A model generated the notes under the pieces. That model ran no database searches, was not told the DNA's origin, and saw only the letters and a program-made list of their open reading frames with translations. The position numbers and the translations under genes are program-made. From the human T2T-CHM13v2.0 reference genome, Homo sapiens, in the NCBI RefSeq assembly GCF_009914755.1, contig NC_060925.1: a DNA stretch of 64,000 nucleotides; one strand, 5' to 3'. Of the stretch, positions 43,801-59,273 are shown in pieces (position 1 is the first letter of the stretch; each line of letters begins with the position of its first letter).

Positions 43801-45158
43801 CCATGGACTCGAATGCAATCATCATCGAATGGAATCGAATGGAATCATCGAATGGACTCGAATGGAATAATCATTGAACGGAATCGAATGGAATCATCAT
43901 CGGATGGAAACGAATGGAATCATCATCGAATGGAAATGTAAGGAGTCATCATCTAATGGAATTGCATGGAATCATCATAAAATGGAATCGAATGGAATCA
44001 ACATCAAATGGAATCAAATGGAATCATTGAACGGAATTGAATGGAATCGTCATCGAATGAATTGAATGCAATCATCGAATGGTCTCGAATGGAATCATCT
44101 TCAAATGGAATGGAATGGAATCATCGCATAGAATCGAATGGAATTATCATCGAATGGAATCGAATGGAATCAACATCAAACAGAAAAAAACGGAATTATC
44201 GAATGGAATCGAAGAGAATCATCGAATGGACCCGAATGGAATCATCTAATAGAATGGAATGGAATAATCCATGGACTCGAATGCAATCATCATCGAATGG
44301 AATCGAATGGAATCATCGAATGGACTCGAATGGAATAATCATTGAACGGAATCGAATGGAATCATCATCGGATGGAAATGAATGGAATCATCATCGAATG
44401 GAATCGAATAGAATTATGGAATGAAATCCAGTGTGATCATCATCGAATGGACCCGAATGGAATCATCATCCAACGGAAGCTAATGGAATCAACATCGAAT
44501 GAATCGAATGGAAACACCATCGAATTGAAACGAATGGAATTATCATGAAATTGAAATGGATGGACTCATCATCGAATGGATTCGAATGGAATCATCGAAT
44601 AAAATTGATTGAAATCATCATCGAATGGTATCGAATGGTATCATTGAATGGAATCGAATGGAATCATCATCAGATGGAAATGAATGGAATCGTCATAGAA
44701 TGGAATCGAATGGATTCATTGAATGGAATCAGATGGAATCATCGAATGGACTGGAATGGAATCATTGAATGGACTCGAAAGGGATCATTATTGAATGGAA
44801 TTGAATGGAATCATTGAATGGTCTCGATTGGAATCATTATCAAATGGAATCGAATGGAATCACCGAATAGAATCGAATGGAACAATCATCGAATGGACTC
44901 AAATGGAATTATCCTCAAATGGAATCGAATGGAATTATCGAATGCAATCGAATGGAATTATCGAATGCAATCGAATAGAATCATCGAATGGACTCGAATG
45001 GAATCATCGAATGGAATGGAATGGAACAGTCAATGAACTCGAATGGAATCATCATTGAATGGAATCGAATGGAATCATCGAGTGGAATCGAATGGAATTA
45101 TGATCAAATGGAATCGAATGTAATCATCATCAAATGGAATCAAAAATAACCATCATCA
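31886..45158 (+). repeat. Higher-order repeat: 3 tandem copies of a 4408-bp unit (1308+1766+1334)
   Basis: ORFs are offset by 4408 (32151/36559/40967; 33963/38371/42779; 35729/40137/44545). Diagnostic variants CCGAATATAATC, TTGAAGGGAGTC, AATGTAAGGAG, AAACAGAAAA and a 10-bp deletion are present in all three copies. Confidence 0.92.
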
Positions 45159-48100
45159 ATTGGTATTGAATGGAATTCTCATCAAATGGAATTCAAAGGA
45201 ATCATCATCAAATGGAACTGAATGGAATCCTCATTGAATGGAAATGAAAGGGGTCATCATCTAATGGAATCGCATGGAATCATCATCAAATGGAATCGAA
45301 TGGAATCATCATCAAATGGAATCTGATGGAATCATTGAACAGAATTGAATGGAATCGTCATCGAATGAATTGAATGCAATCATCGAATGGTCTCGAATGT
45401 AATCACATTCTAATGGAAAGGAATGGAATCATCGCATAGAATAGAATGGAATTAATATTGAATGGACTCGAATGGAATCAACATCAAACGGAATCAAGCG
45501 GAATTATCGAATGGAATCGAAAAGAATCATCGAATGGTCTCGAATGGAATCATCTTCTAATGGAAAGTAATGGAATCATCGCATAGAATCGAATGGAATT
45601 AACATTGAATGGACTCGAATGGAATCAACATCAAATGGAATCAAGCGGAATTATCGAATGAAATCGAAGAGAATCATCGAATGGACTCGAATGGAATCAT
45701 CTAATGGAATGGAATGGAATAATCCACGGACTCGAATGCAATAATCATCGTTTAGAATCGAATGGAATCATCGAAAGGACTCGAATGGAATAACCATTGA
45801 ACGGAATCGAATGGAATCATCATCGGATGGAAACGAATGGAATCATCATCGAATGGAAATGAAAGGAGTCATCATCTAATGGAATTGCATGGAATCATCA
45901 TAAAATGGAATCGAATGGAATCATCATCAAATGGAATCAAATGGAATCATTCAACGGAATTGAATGGAATCGTCATCGAATGAATTGAATGCAATCATCG
46001 AATGGTCTCGAATGGAATCATCTTCAAATGGAATGGAATGGAATCATCGCATAGAATCGAATGGAATTATCATCGAATGGAATCGAATGGTATCAACATC
46101 AAACGGAAAAAAACGGAATTATCGAATAGAATCGAAGAGAATCTTCGAACGGACCCGAATGGAATCATCTAATGGAATGGAATGGAATAATCCATGGACT
46201 CGAATGCAATCATCATCGAATGGAATCCAATGGAATCATTGAAAGGACTCGAATGGAATAATCATTGAACGGAATCGAATGGAATCATCATCGGATGGAA
46301 ATGAATGGAATCATCATCGAATGGAATCGAATAGAATTATGGAATGAAATCCAGTGTGATCATCATCGAATGGACCCGAATGGAATCATCATCCAACGGA
46401 AGCTAATGGAATCAACATCGAATGAATCGAATGGAAACACCATCGAATTGAAACGAATGGAATTACCATGAAATTGAAATGGATGGACTCATCATCGAAT
46501 GGATTCGAATGGAATCATCGAATAAAATTGATTGAAATCATCATCGAATGGAATCGAATGGTATCATTGAATGGAATCGAATGGAATCATCATCAGATGG
46601 AAATGAATGGAATCGTCATAGAATGGAATCGAATGGATTCATTGAATGGAATCAGATGGAATCATCGAATGGACTGGAATGGAATCATTGAATGGACTCG
46701 AAAGGGATCATTATTGAATGGAATTGAATGGAATCATCGAATGGTCTCGATTGGAATCATTATCAAATGGAATCGAATGGAATCACCGAATAGAATCGAA
46801 TGGAACAATCATCGAATGGACTCAAATGGAATTATCCTCAAATGGAATCGAATGGAATTATCGAATGCAATCGAATGGAATTATCGAATGCAATCGAATA
46901 GAATCATCGAATGGACTCGAATGGAATCATCGAATGGAATGGAATGGAACAGTCAATGAACTCGAATGGAATCATTATTGAATGGAATCGAATGGAATCA
47001 TCGAGTGGAATCGAATGGAATTATGATCAAATGGAATCGAATGTAATCATCATCAAATGGAATCAAAAATAACCATCATCAATTGGTATTGAATGGAATT
47101 GTCATCAAATGGAATTTAAGGGAATCATCATCAAATGGAACCGAATGGAATCCTCATTGAATGGAAATGAAAGTGGTCATCATCTAATGGAATCGCATGG
47201 AATCATCATCAAATGGAATCGAATGGAATCATCATCAAATGGAATCTAATGGAATCATTGAAAGAATTGAATGGAATCATCATCGAATGAATTGAATGCA
47301 ATCATCGAATGGTCTCGAATGGAATCATCTTCTAATGGAAAGGAATGGAATCATCGCATAGAATCGAATGGAATTATCATCGAATGGAATCGAATGGTAT
47401 CAACATCAAACGGAAAAAAACGGAATTATCGAATGGAATCGAAGAGAATCTTCGAACGGACAAGAATGGAATCATCTAATGGAATGGAATGGAATAATCC
47501 ACGGACTCGAATGCAATCATCACCGTATAGAATCGAATGGAATCATCGAAAGGACTCGAATGGAATAACCATTGAACGGAATCGAATGGAATCATCATCG
47601 GATGGAAACGAATGGAATCATCATCGAATGGAAATGAAAGGAGTCATCATCTAATGGAATTGCATGGAATCATCATAAAATGGAATCGAATGGAATCATC
47701 ATCAAATGGAATCAAATGGAATCATTGAACGGAATTGAATGGAATCGTCATCGAATGAATTGAATGCAATCATCGAATGGTCTCGAATGGAATCATCTTC
47801 AAATGGAATGGAATGGAATCATCGCATAGAATCGAATGGAATTATCATCGAATGGAATCGAATGGTATCAACATCAAACGGAAAAAAACGGAATTATCGA
47901 ATGGAATCGAAGAGAATCTTCGAACGGACCCGAATGGAATCATCTAATGGAATGGAATGGAATAATCCATGGACTCGAATGCAATCATCATCGAATGGAA
48001 TCGAATGGAATCATTGAAAGGACTCGAATGGAATAATCATTGAACGGAATCGAATGGAATCATCATCGGATAGAAATGAATGGAATCATCATCGAATGGA

Positions 48101-50459
48101 ATCGAATAGAATTATGGAATGAAATCCAGTGTGATCATCATCGAATGGACCCGAATGGAATAATCATCCAACGGAAGCTAATGGAATCAACATCGAATGA
48201 ATCGAAAGGAAACACCATCGAATTGAAACGAATGGAATTATCATGAAATTGAAATGGATGGACTCATCATCAAATGGATTCGAATGGAATCATCGAATAA
48301 AATTGATTGAAATCATCATCGAATGGAATCGAATGGTATCACTGAATGGAATCGAATGGAATCATCATCTGATGGAAATGAATGGAATCGTCATAGAATG
48401 GAATCGAATGGATTCATTGAATGGAATCAGATGGAATCATCGAATGGACTGGAATGGAATCATTGAATGGACTCGAAAGGGATCATGATTGAATGGAATT
48501 GAATGGAATCATCGAATGGTCTCGATTGGAATCATTATCAAATGGAATCGAATGGAATCATCGAATAGAATCGAATGGAACAATCATCGAATGGACTCCA
48601 ATGGAATTATCCTCAAATGGAATCGAATGGAAATATCGAATGCAATCGAATGGAATTATCGAATGCAATCGAATAGAATCATCGAATGGACTCGAATGGA
48701 ATCATCGAATGGAATGGAATGGAACAGTCAATGAACTCGAATGGAATCATCATTGAATGGAATCGAATGGAATCATCGAGTGGAATCGAATGGAATTATG
48801 ATCAAATGGAATCGAATGCAATCATCATCAAATGGAATCAAAAATAACCATCATCAATTGGTATTGAATGGAATTGTCATCAAATGGAATTCAAAGGAAT
48901 CATCATCAAATGGAACTGAATGGAATCCTCATTGAATGGAAATGAAAGGGGTCATCATCTAATGGAATCGCATGGAATCATCATCAAATGGAATCGAATG
49001 GAATCATCATCAAATGGAATCTAATGGAATCATTGAAAGAATTGAATGGAATCATCATCGAATGAATTGAATGCAATCATCGAATGGTCTCGAATGGAAT
49101 CATCTTCTAATGGAAAGGAATGGAATCATCGCATAGAATCGAATGGAATTATCATCGAATGGAATCGAATGCTATCAACACCAAACGGAAAAAAACGGAA
49201 TTATGGAATGGAATCGAAGAGAATCTTCGAACGGACCCGAATGGAATCATCTAATGGAATGGAATGGAATAATCCATGGACACGAATGCAATCATCATCG
49301 AATGGAATCGAATGGAATCATCGAATGGACTCGAATGGAATAATCATTGAACGGAATCGAATGGAATCATCATCGCATGGAAACGAATGGAATCATCATC
49401 GAATGGAAATGAAAGGAGTCATCATCTAATGGAATTGCATGGAATCATCATCAAATGGAATCGAATGGAATCAACATCAAATGGAATCAAATGGAATCAT
49501 TGAACGGAATTGAATGGAATCGTCATCGAATGAATTGAATGCAATCATCGAATGGTCTCGAATGGAATCATCTTCAAATGGAATGGAATGGAATCATCGC
49601 ATAGAATCGAATGGAATTATCATCGAATGGAATCGAATGGAATCAACATCAAACGGAAAAAAACGGAATTATCGAATGGAATCGAAGAGAATCATCGAAT
49701 GGACCCGAATGGAATCATCTAATGGAATGGAATGGAATAATCCATGGACTCGAATGCAATCATCATCGAATGGAATCGAATGGAATCATCGAATGGACTC
49801 GAATGGAATAATCATTGAACGGAATCGAATGGAATCATCATCGGATGGAAATGAATGGAATCATCATCGAATGGAATCGAATAGAATTATGGAATGAAAT
49901 CCAGTGTGATCATCATCGAATGGACCCGAATGGAATCATCATCCAACGGAAGCTAATGGAATCAACATCGAATGAATCAAATGGAAACACCATCGAATTG
50001 AAACGAATGGAATTACCATGAAATTCAAATGGATGGACTCATCATCAAATGGATTCGAGTGGAATCATCAAATAAAATTGATTCAAATCATCATCGAATG
50101 GAATCGAATGGTATCATTGAATGGAATCGAATAGAATCATCATCAGATGGAAATGAAAGGAATCGTCATAGAATGGAATCGAATGGATTCATTGAATGGA
50201 ATCAGATGGAATCATCGAATGGACTGGAATGGAATCATTGAATGGACTCGAAAGGGATCATTATTGAATGGAATTGAATGGAATCATCGAATGGTCTCGA
50301 TTGGAATCATTATCAAATGGAATCGAATGGAATCACCGAATAGAATCGAATGGAACAATCATCGAATGGACTCAAATGGAATTATCCTCAAATGGAATCG
50401 AATGGAATTATCGAATGCAATCGAATGGAATTATCGAATGCAATCGAATAGAATCAACG

Positions 50460-53400
50460 AATGGACTCGAATGGAATCATCGAATGGAATGGAATGGAAC
50501 AGTCAATGAACTCGAATGGAATCATCATTGAATGGAATCGAATGGAATCATCGAGTGGAATCTAAAGGAATTATGACCAAATGGAATCGAAAGTAATCAT
50601 CATCAAATGGAATCAAAAATAAACATCATCAATTGGTATTGAATGGAATTGTCATCAAATGGAATTCAAAGGAATCATCATCAAATGGAACCGAATGGAA
50701 TCCTCATTGAATGGAAATGAAAGGGGTCATCATCTAATGGAATCGCATGGAATCATCATCAAATGGAATCGAATGGAATCATCATCAAATGGAATCTAAT
50801 GGAATCATTGAAAAGAATTGAATGGAATAGTCATCGAATGAATTGAATGCAATCATCGAATGGTCTCGAATGGAATCATCTTCTAATGGAAAGGAATGGA
50901 ATCATCGCATAGAATCGAATGGAATTATCATCGAATGGAATCGAATGATATCAACACCAAACGGAAAATAACGGAATTATCGAATGGAATCGAAGAGAAT
51001 CTTCGAACGGACCCGAATGGAATCATCTAATGGAATGGAATGGAATAATCCATGGACTCGAATGCAATCATCATCGAATGGAATCGAATGGAATCATCGA
51101 ATGGACTCGAATGGAATAATCATTGAACGGAATCGAATGGAATCATCATCGGATGGAAACGAATGGAATCATCATCGAATGGAAATGAAAGGAGTCATCA
51201 TCTAATGGAATTGCATGGAATCATCATCAAATGGAATCGAATGGAATCAACATCAAATGGAATCAAATGGAATCATTGAACGGAATTGAATGGAATCGTC
51301 ATCGAATGAATTGAATGCAATCATCGAATGGTCTCAAATGGAATCATCTTCAAATGGAATGGAATGGAATCATCGCATAGAATCGAATGGAATTATCATC
51401 GAATGGAATCGAATGGAATCAACATCAAACGGAAAAAAACGGAATTATCGAATGGAATCGAAGAGAATCATCGAATGGACCCGAATGGAATCATCTAATG
51501 GAATGGAATGGAATAATCCATGGACTCGAATGCAATCATCATCGAATGGAATCGAATGGAATCATCGAATGGACTCGAATGGAATAATCATTGAACGGAA
51601 TCGAATGGAATCGTCATCGGATGGAAATGAATGGAATCATCATCGAATGGAATCGAATAGAATTATGGAATGAAATCCAGGGTGATCATCATCGAATGGA
51701 CCCGAATGGAATCATCATCCAACGGAAGCTAATGGAATCAACATCGAATGAATCGAATGGAAACACCATCGAATTGAAACGAATGGAATTACCATGAAAT
51801 TGAAATGGATGGACTCATCATCGAATGGATTCGAATGGAATCATCGAATAAAATTGATTGAAATCATCATCGAATGGTATCGAATGGTATCATTGAATGG
51901 AATCGAATGGAATCATCCTCAGATGGAAATGAATGGAATCGTCATAGAATGGAATCGAATGGATTCATTGAATGGAATCAGATGGAATCAACGAATGGAC
52001 TGGAATGGAATCATTGAATGGACTCGAAAGGGATCATTATTGAATGGAATTGAATGGAATCATCGAATGGTCCCGATTGGAATCATTATCAAATGGAATC
52101 GAATGGAATCACCGAATAGAATCGAATGGAACAATCATCGAATGGACTCAAATGGAATTATCCTCAAATGGAATCGAATGGAATTATCGAATGCAATCGA
52201 ATGGAATTATCGAATGCAATCGAATAGAATCATCGAATGGACTCGAATGGAATCATCGAATGGAATGGAATGGAACAGTCAATGAACTCGAATGGAATCA
52301 TCATTGAATGGAATCGAATGGAATCATCGAGTGGAATCGAATGGAATTATGATCAAATGGAATCGAATGTAATCATCATCAAATGGAATCAAAAATAACC
52401 ATCATCAATTGGTATTGAATGGAATTCTCATCAAATGGAATTCAAAGGAATCATCATCAAATGGAACTGAATGGAATCCTCATTGAATGGAAATGAAAGG
52501 GGTCATCATCTAATGGAATCGCATGGAATCATCATCAAATGGAATCGAATGGAATCATCATCAAATGGAATCTGATGGAATCATTGAACAGAATTGAATG
52601 GAATCGTCATCGAATGAATTGAATGCAATCATCAAATGGTCTCGAATGTAATCACATTCTAATGGAAAGGAATGGAATCATCGCATAGAATAGAATGGAA
52701 TTAACATTGAATGGACTCGAATGGAATCTACATCAAACGGAATCAAGCGGAATTATTGAATGGAATCGAAGAGAATCATCGAATGGTCTCGAATGGAATC
52801 ATCTTCTAATGGAAAGGAATGGAATCATCTCATAGAATCGAATGGAATTAACATTGAATGGACTCGAATGGAATCAACATCAAATGGAATCAAGCGGAAT
52901 TATCGAATGAAATCGAAGAGAATCATCGAATGGACTCGAATGGAATCATCTAATGGAATGGAATGGAATAATCCACGGACTCGAATGCAATCATCATCGT
53001 ATAGAATCGAATGGAATCATCGAAAGGACTCGAATGGAATAACCATTGAACGGAATCGAATGGAATCATCATCGGATGGAAACGAATGGAATCATCATCG
53101 AATGGAAATGAAAGGAGTCATCATCTAATGGAATTGCATGGAATCATCATAAAATGGAATCGAATGGAATCATCATCAAATGGAATCAAATGGAATCATT
53201 GAACGGAATTGAATGGAATCGTCAACGAATGAATTGAATGCAATCATCAAATGGTCTCGAATGGAATCATCTTCAAATGGAATGGAATGGAATCATCGCA
53301 TAGAATCGAATGGAATTATCATCAAATGGAATCGAATGGTATCAACATCAAACGGAAAAAAACGGAATTATCGAATGGAATCGAAGAGAATCTTCGAACG

Positions 53401-56400
53401 GACCCGAATGGAATCATCTAATGGAATGGAATGGAATAATCCATGGACTCGAATGCAATCATCATCGAATGGAATCGAATGGAATCATTGAATGGACTCG
53501 AATGGAATAATCATTGAACGGAATCGAATGGAATCATCATCGGATGGAAACGAATGGAATCATCATCGAATGGAATCGAATAGAATTATGGAATGAAATC
53601 CAGTGTGATCATCATCGAATGGACCCGAATGGAATCATCATCCAACGGAAGCTAATGGAATCAACATCGAATGAATCGAAAGGAAACACCATCGAATTGA
53701 AACGAATGGAATTATCATGAAATTGAAATGGATGGACTCATCATCGAATGGATTCGAATGGAATCATCGAATAAAATTGATTGAAATCATCATCGAATGG
53801 AATCGAATGGTATCATTGAATGGAATCGAATGGAATCATCATCAGATGGAAATGAATGGAATCGTCATAGAATGGAATCGGATGGATTCATTGAATGGAA
53901 TCAGATGGAATCATCGAATGGACTGGAATGGAATCATTGAATGGACTCGAAAGGGATCATTATTGAATGGAATTGAATGGAATCATCGAATGGTCTCGAT
54001 TGGAATCATTATCAAATGGAATCGAATGGAATCACCGAATAGAATCGAATGGAACAATCATCGAATGGACTCAAATGGAATTATCCTCAAATGGAATCGA
54101 ATGGAATTATCGAATGCAATCGAATGGAATTATCGAATGCAATCGAATAGAATCATCGAATGGACTCGAATGGAATCATCGAATGGAATGGAATGGAACA
54201 GTCAATGAACTCGAATGGAATCATCATTGAATGGAATCGAATGGAATCATCGAGTGGAATCGAATGGAATTAAGATCAAATGGAATCGAATGTAATCATC
54301 ATCAAATGGAATCAAAAATAACCATCATCAATTGGTATTGAATGGAATTGTCATCAAATGGAATTCAAAGGAATCATCATCAAATGGAACCGAATGGAAT
54401 CCTCGTTGAATGGAAATGAAAGGGGTCATCATCTAATGGAATCGCATGGAAACATCATAAAATGGAATCGAATGGAATCAACATCAAATGGAATCAAATG
54501 GAATCATTGAACGGAATTGAATGGAATGGTCATCGAAAGAATTGAATGCAATCATCGAATGGTCTCGAATGGAATCATCTTCAAATGGAATGGAATGGAA
54601 TCATCGCATAGAATCGAAAGGAATTATCATCGAATGGAATCGAATGGAATCAACACCAAACGGAAAAAAACGGAATTATCGAATGGAATCGAAGAGAATC
54701 ATCGAATGGACCCGAATGGAATCATCTAATGGAATGGAATGGAATAATCCATGGACTCGAATGCAATCATCATCGAATGGAATCGAATGGAATCATCGAA
54801 TGGACTCGAATGGAATAATCATTGAACGGAATCGAATGGAATCATCATCGGATGGAAACGAATGGAATCATCATCGAATGGAATCGAATAGAATTATGGA
54901 ATGAAATCCAGTGTGATCATCATCGAATGGAACCGAATGGAATCATCATCCAACGGAAGCTAATGGAATCAACATCGAATGAATCAAATGGAAACACCAT
55001 CGAATTGAAACGAATGGAATTACCATGAAATTGAAATGGATGGACTCATCATCAAATGGATTCGAATGGAATAATCGAATAAAATTGATTGAAATCATCA
55101 TCGAATGGAATCGAATGGTATCATTGAATGGAATCGAATGGAATCATCATCAGATGGAAATGAATGGAATCGTCATAGAATGGAATCGAATGGATTCATT
55201 GAATGGAATCAGATGGAATCATTGAATGGACTGGAATGGAATCATTGAATGGACTCGAAAGGGATCATTATTGAATGGAATTGAATGGAATCATCGAATG
55301 GTCTCGATAGGAATCATTATCAAATGGAATCGAATGGAATCACCGAATAGAATCGAATGGAACAATCATCGAATGGACTCAAATGGAATTATCCTCTAAT
55401 GGAATCGAATGGAATTATCGAATGCAATCGAATGGAATTATCGAATGCAATCGAATAGAATCATCGAATGGACTCGAATGGAATCATCGAATGGAATGGA
55501 ATGGAACAGTCAATGAACTCGAATGGAATCATCATTGAATGGAATCGAATGGAATCATCGAGTGGAATCTAAAGGAATTATGACCAAATGGAATCGAAAG
55601 TAATCATCATCAAATGGAATCAAAAATAAACATCATCAATTGGTATTGAATGGAATTGTCATCAAATGGAATTCAAAGGAATCATCATCAAATGGAACCG
55701 AATGGAATCCTCATTGAATGGAAATGAAAGGGGTCATCATCTAATGGAATCGCATGGAATCATCATCAAATGGAATCGAATGGAATCATCATCAAATGGA
55801 ATTTAATGGAATCATTGAAAAGAATTGAATGGAATAGTCATCGAATGAATTGAATGCAATCATCGAATGGTCTCGAATGGAATCATCTTCTAATGGAAAG
55901 GAATGGAATCATCGCATAGAATCGAATGGAATTATCATCGAATGGAATCGAATGATATCAACACCAAACGGAAAATAACGGAATTATCGAATGGAATCGA
56001 AGAGAATCTTCGAACGGACCCGAATGGAATCATCTAATGGAATGGAATGGAATAATCCATGGACTCGAATGCAATCATCATCGAATGGAATCGAATGGAA
56101 TCATCGAATGGACTCGAATGGAATAATCATTGAACGGAATCGAATGGAATCATCATCGGATGGAAACGAATGGAATCATCATCGAATGGAAATGAAAGGA
56201 GTCATCATCTAATGGAATTGCATGGAATCATCATCAAATGGAATCGAATGGAATCAACATCAAATGGAATCAAATGGAATCATTGAACGGAATTGAATGG
56301 AATCGTCATCGAATGAATTGAATGCAATCATCGAATGGTCTCAAATGGAATCATCTTCAAATGGAATGGAATGGAATCATCGCATAGAATCGAATGGAAT

Positions 56401-59273
56401 TATCATCGAATGGAATCGAATGGAATCAACATCAAACGGAAAAAAACGGAATTATCGAATGGAATCGAAGAGAATCATCGAATGGACCCGAATGGAATCA
56501 TCTAATGGAATGGAATGGAATAATCCATGGACTCGAATGCAATCATCATCGAATGGAATCGAATGGAATCATCGAATGGACTCGAATGGAATAATCATTG
56601 AACGGAATCGAATGGAATCGTCATCGGATGGAAATGAATGGAATCATCATCGAATGGAATCGAATAGAATTATGGAATGAAATCCAGGGTGATCATCATC
56701 GAATGGACCCGAATGGAATCATCATCCAACGGAAGCTAATGGAATCAACATCGAATGAATCGAATGGAAACACCATCGAATTGAAACGAATGGAATTACC
56801 ATGAAATTGAAATGGATGGACTCATCATCGAATGGATTCGAATGGAATCATCGAATAAAATTGATTGAAATCATCATCGAATGGTATCGAATGGTATCAT
56901 TGAATGGAATCGAATGGGATCATCCTCAGATGGAAATGAATGGAATCGTCATAGAATGGAATCGAATGGATTCATTGAATGGAATCAGATGGAATCAACG
57001 AATGGACTGGAATGGAATCATTGAATGGACTCGAAAGGGATCATTATTGAATGGAATTGAATGGAATCATCGAATGGTCCCGATTGGAATCATTATCAAA
57101 TGGAATCGAATGGAATCACCGAATAGAATCGAATGGAACAATCATCGAATGGACTCAAATGGAATTATCCTCAAATGGAATCGAATGGAATTATCGAATG
57201 CAATCGAATGGAATTATCGAATGCAATCGAATAGAATCATCGAATGGACTCGAATGGAATCATCGAATGGAATGGAATGGAACAGTCAATGAACTCGAAT
57301 GGAATCATCATTGAATGGAATCGAATGGAATCATCGAGTGGAATCGAATGGAATTATGATCAAATGGAATCGAATGTAATCATCATCAAATGGAATCAAA
57401 AATAACCATCATCAATTGGTATTGAATGGAATTCTCATCAAATGGAATTCAAAGGAATCATCATCAAATGGAACTGAATGGAATCCTCATTGAATGGAAA
57501 TGAAAGGGGTCATCATCTAATGGAATCGCATGGAATCATCATCAAATGGAATCGAATGGAATCATCATCAAATGGAATCTGATGGAATCATTGAACAGAA
57601 TTGAATGGAATCGTCATCGAATGAATTGAATGCAATCATCAAATGGTCTCGAATGTAATCACATTCTAATGGAAAGGAATGGAATCATCGCATAGAATAG
57701 AATGGAATTAACATTGAATGGACTCGAATGGAATCTACATCAAACGGAATCAAGCGGAATTATTGAATGGAATCGAAGAGAATCATCGAATGGTCTCGAA
57801 TGGAATCATCTTCTAATGGAAAGGAATGGAATCATCTCATAGAATCGAATGGAATTAACATTGAATGGACTCGAATGGAATCAACATCAAATGGAATCAA
57901 GCGGAATTATCGAATGAAATCGAAGAGAATCATCGAATGGACTCGAATGGAATCATCTAATGGAATGGAATGGAATAATCCACGGACTCGAATGCAATCA
58001 TCATCGTATAGAATCGAATGGAATCATCGAAAGGACTCGAATGGAATAACCATTGAACGGAATCGAATGGAATCATCATCGGATGGAAACGAATGGAATC
58101 ATCATCGAATGGAAATTAAAGGAGTCATCATCTAATGGAATTGCATGGAATCATCATAAAATGGAATCGAATGGAATCATCATCAAATGGAATCAAATGG
58201 AATCATTGAACGGAATTGAATGGAATCGTCATCGAATGAATTGAATGCAATCATCAAATGGTCTCGAATGGAATCATCTTCAAATGGAATGGAATGGAAT
58301 CATCGCATAGAATCGAATGGAATTATCATCAAATGGAATCGAATGGTATCAACATCAAACGGAAAAAAACGGAATTATCGAATGGAATCGAAGAGAATCT
58401 TCGAACGGACCCGAATGGAATCATCTAATGGAATGGAATGGAATAATCCATGGACTCGAATGCAATCATCATCGAATGGAATCGAATGGAATCATTGAAT
58501 GGACTCGAATGGAATAATCATTGAACGGAATCGAATGGAATCATCATCGGATGGAAACGAATGGAATCATCATCGAATGGAATCGAATAGAATTATGGAA
58601 TGAAATCCAGTGTGATCATCATCGAATGGACCCAAATGGAATCATCATCCAACGGAAGCTAATGGAATCAACATCGAATGAATCGAAAGGAAACACCATC
58701 GAATTGAAACGAATGGAATTATCATGAAATTGAAATGGATGGACTCATCATCGAATGGATTCGAATGGAATCATCGAATAAAATTGATTGAAATCATCAT
58801 CGAATGGAATCGAATGGTATCATTGAATGGAATCGAATGGAATCATCATCAGATGGAAATGAATGGAATCGTCATAGAATGGAATCGGATGGATTCATTG
58901 AATGGAATCAGATGGAATCATCGAATGGACTGGAATGGAATCATTGAATGGACTCGAAAGGGATCATTATTGAATGGAATTGAATGGAATCATCGAATGG
59001 TCTCGATTGGAATCATTATCAAATGGAATCGAATGGAATCACCGAATAGAATCGAATGGAACAATCATCGAATGGACTCAAATGGAATTATCCTCAAATG
59101 GAATCGAATGGAATTATCGAATGCAATCGAATGGAATTATCGAATGCAATCGAATAGAATCATCGAATGGACTCGAATGGAATCATCGAATGGAATGGAA
59201 TGGAACAGTCAATGAACTCGAATGGAATCATCATTGAATGGAATCGAATGGAATCATCGAGTGGAATCGAATG
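50460..59273 (+). repeat. Two ~3.8-kb near-identical segments at 5007-bp spacing (~50460-54266 and ~55467-59273)
   Basis: ORFs are offset by 5007 (50984/55991, 51794/56801, 53717/58724). Shared variants include TCTAAAGG (50561/55568), AATCCAGGGTG, GGTCCCGATT and GAATCTACATC. Confidence 0.87.
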
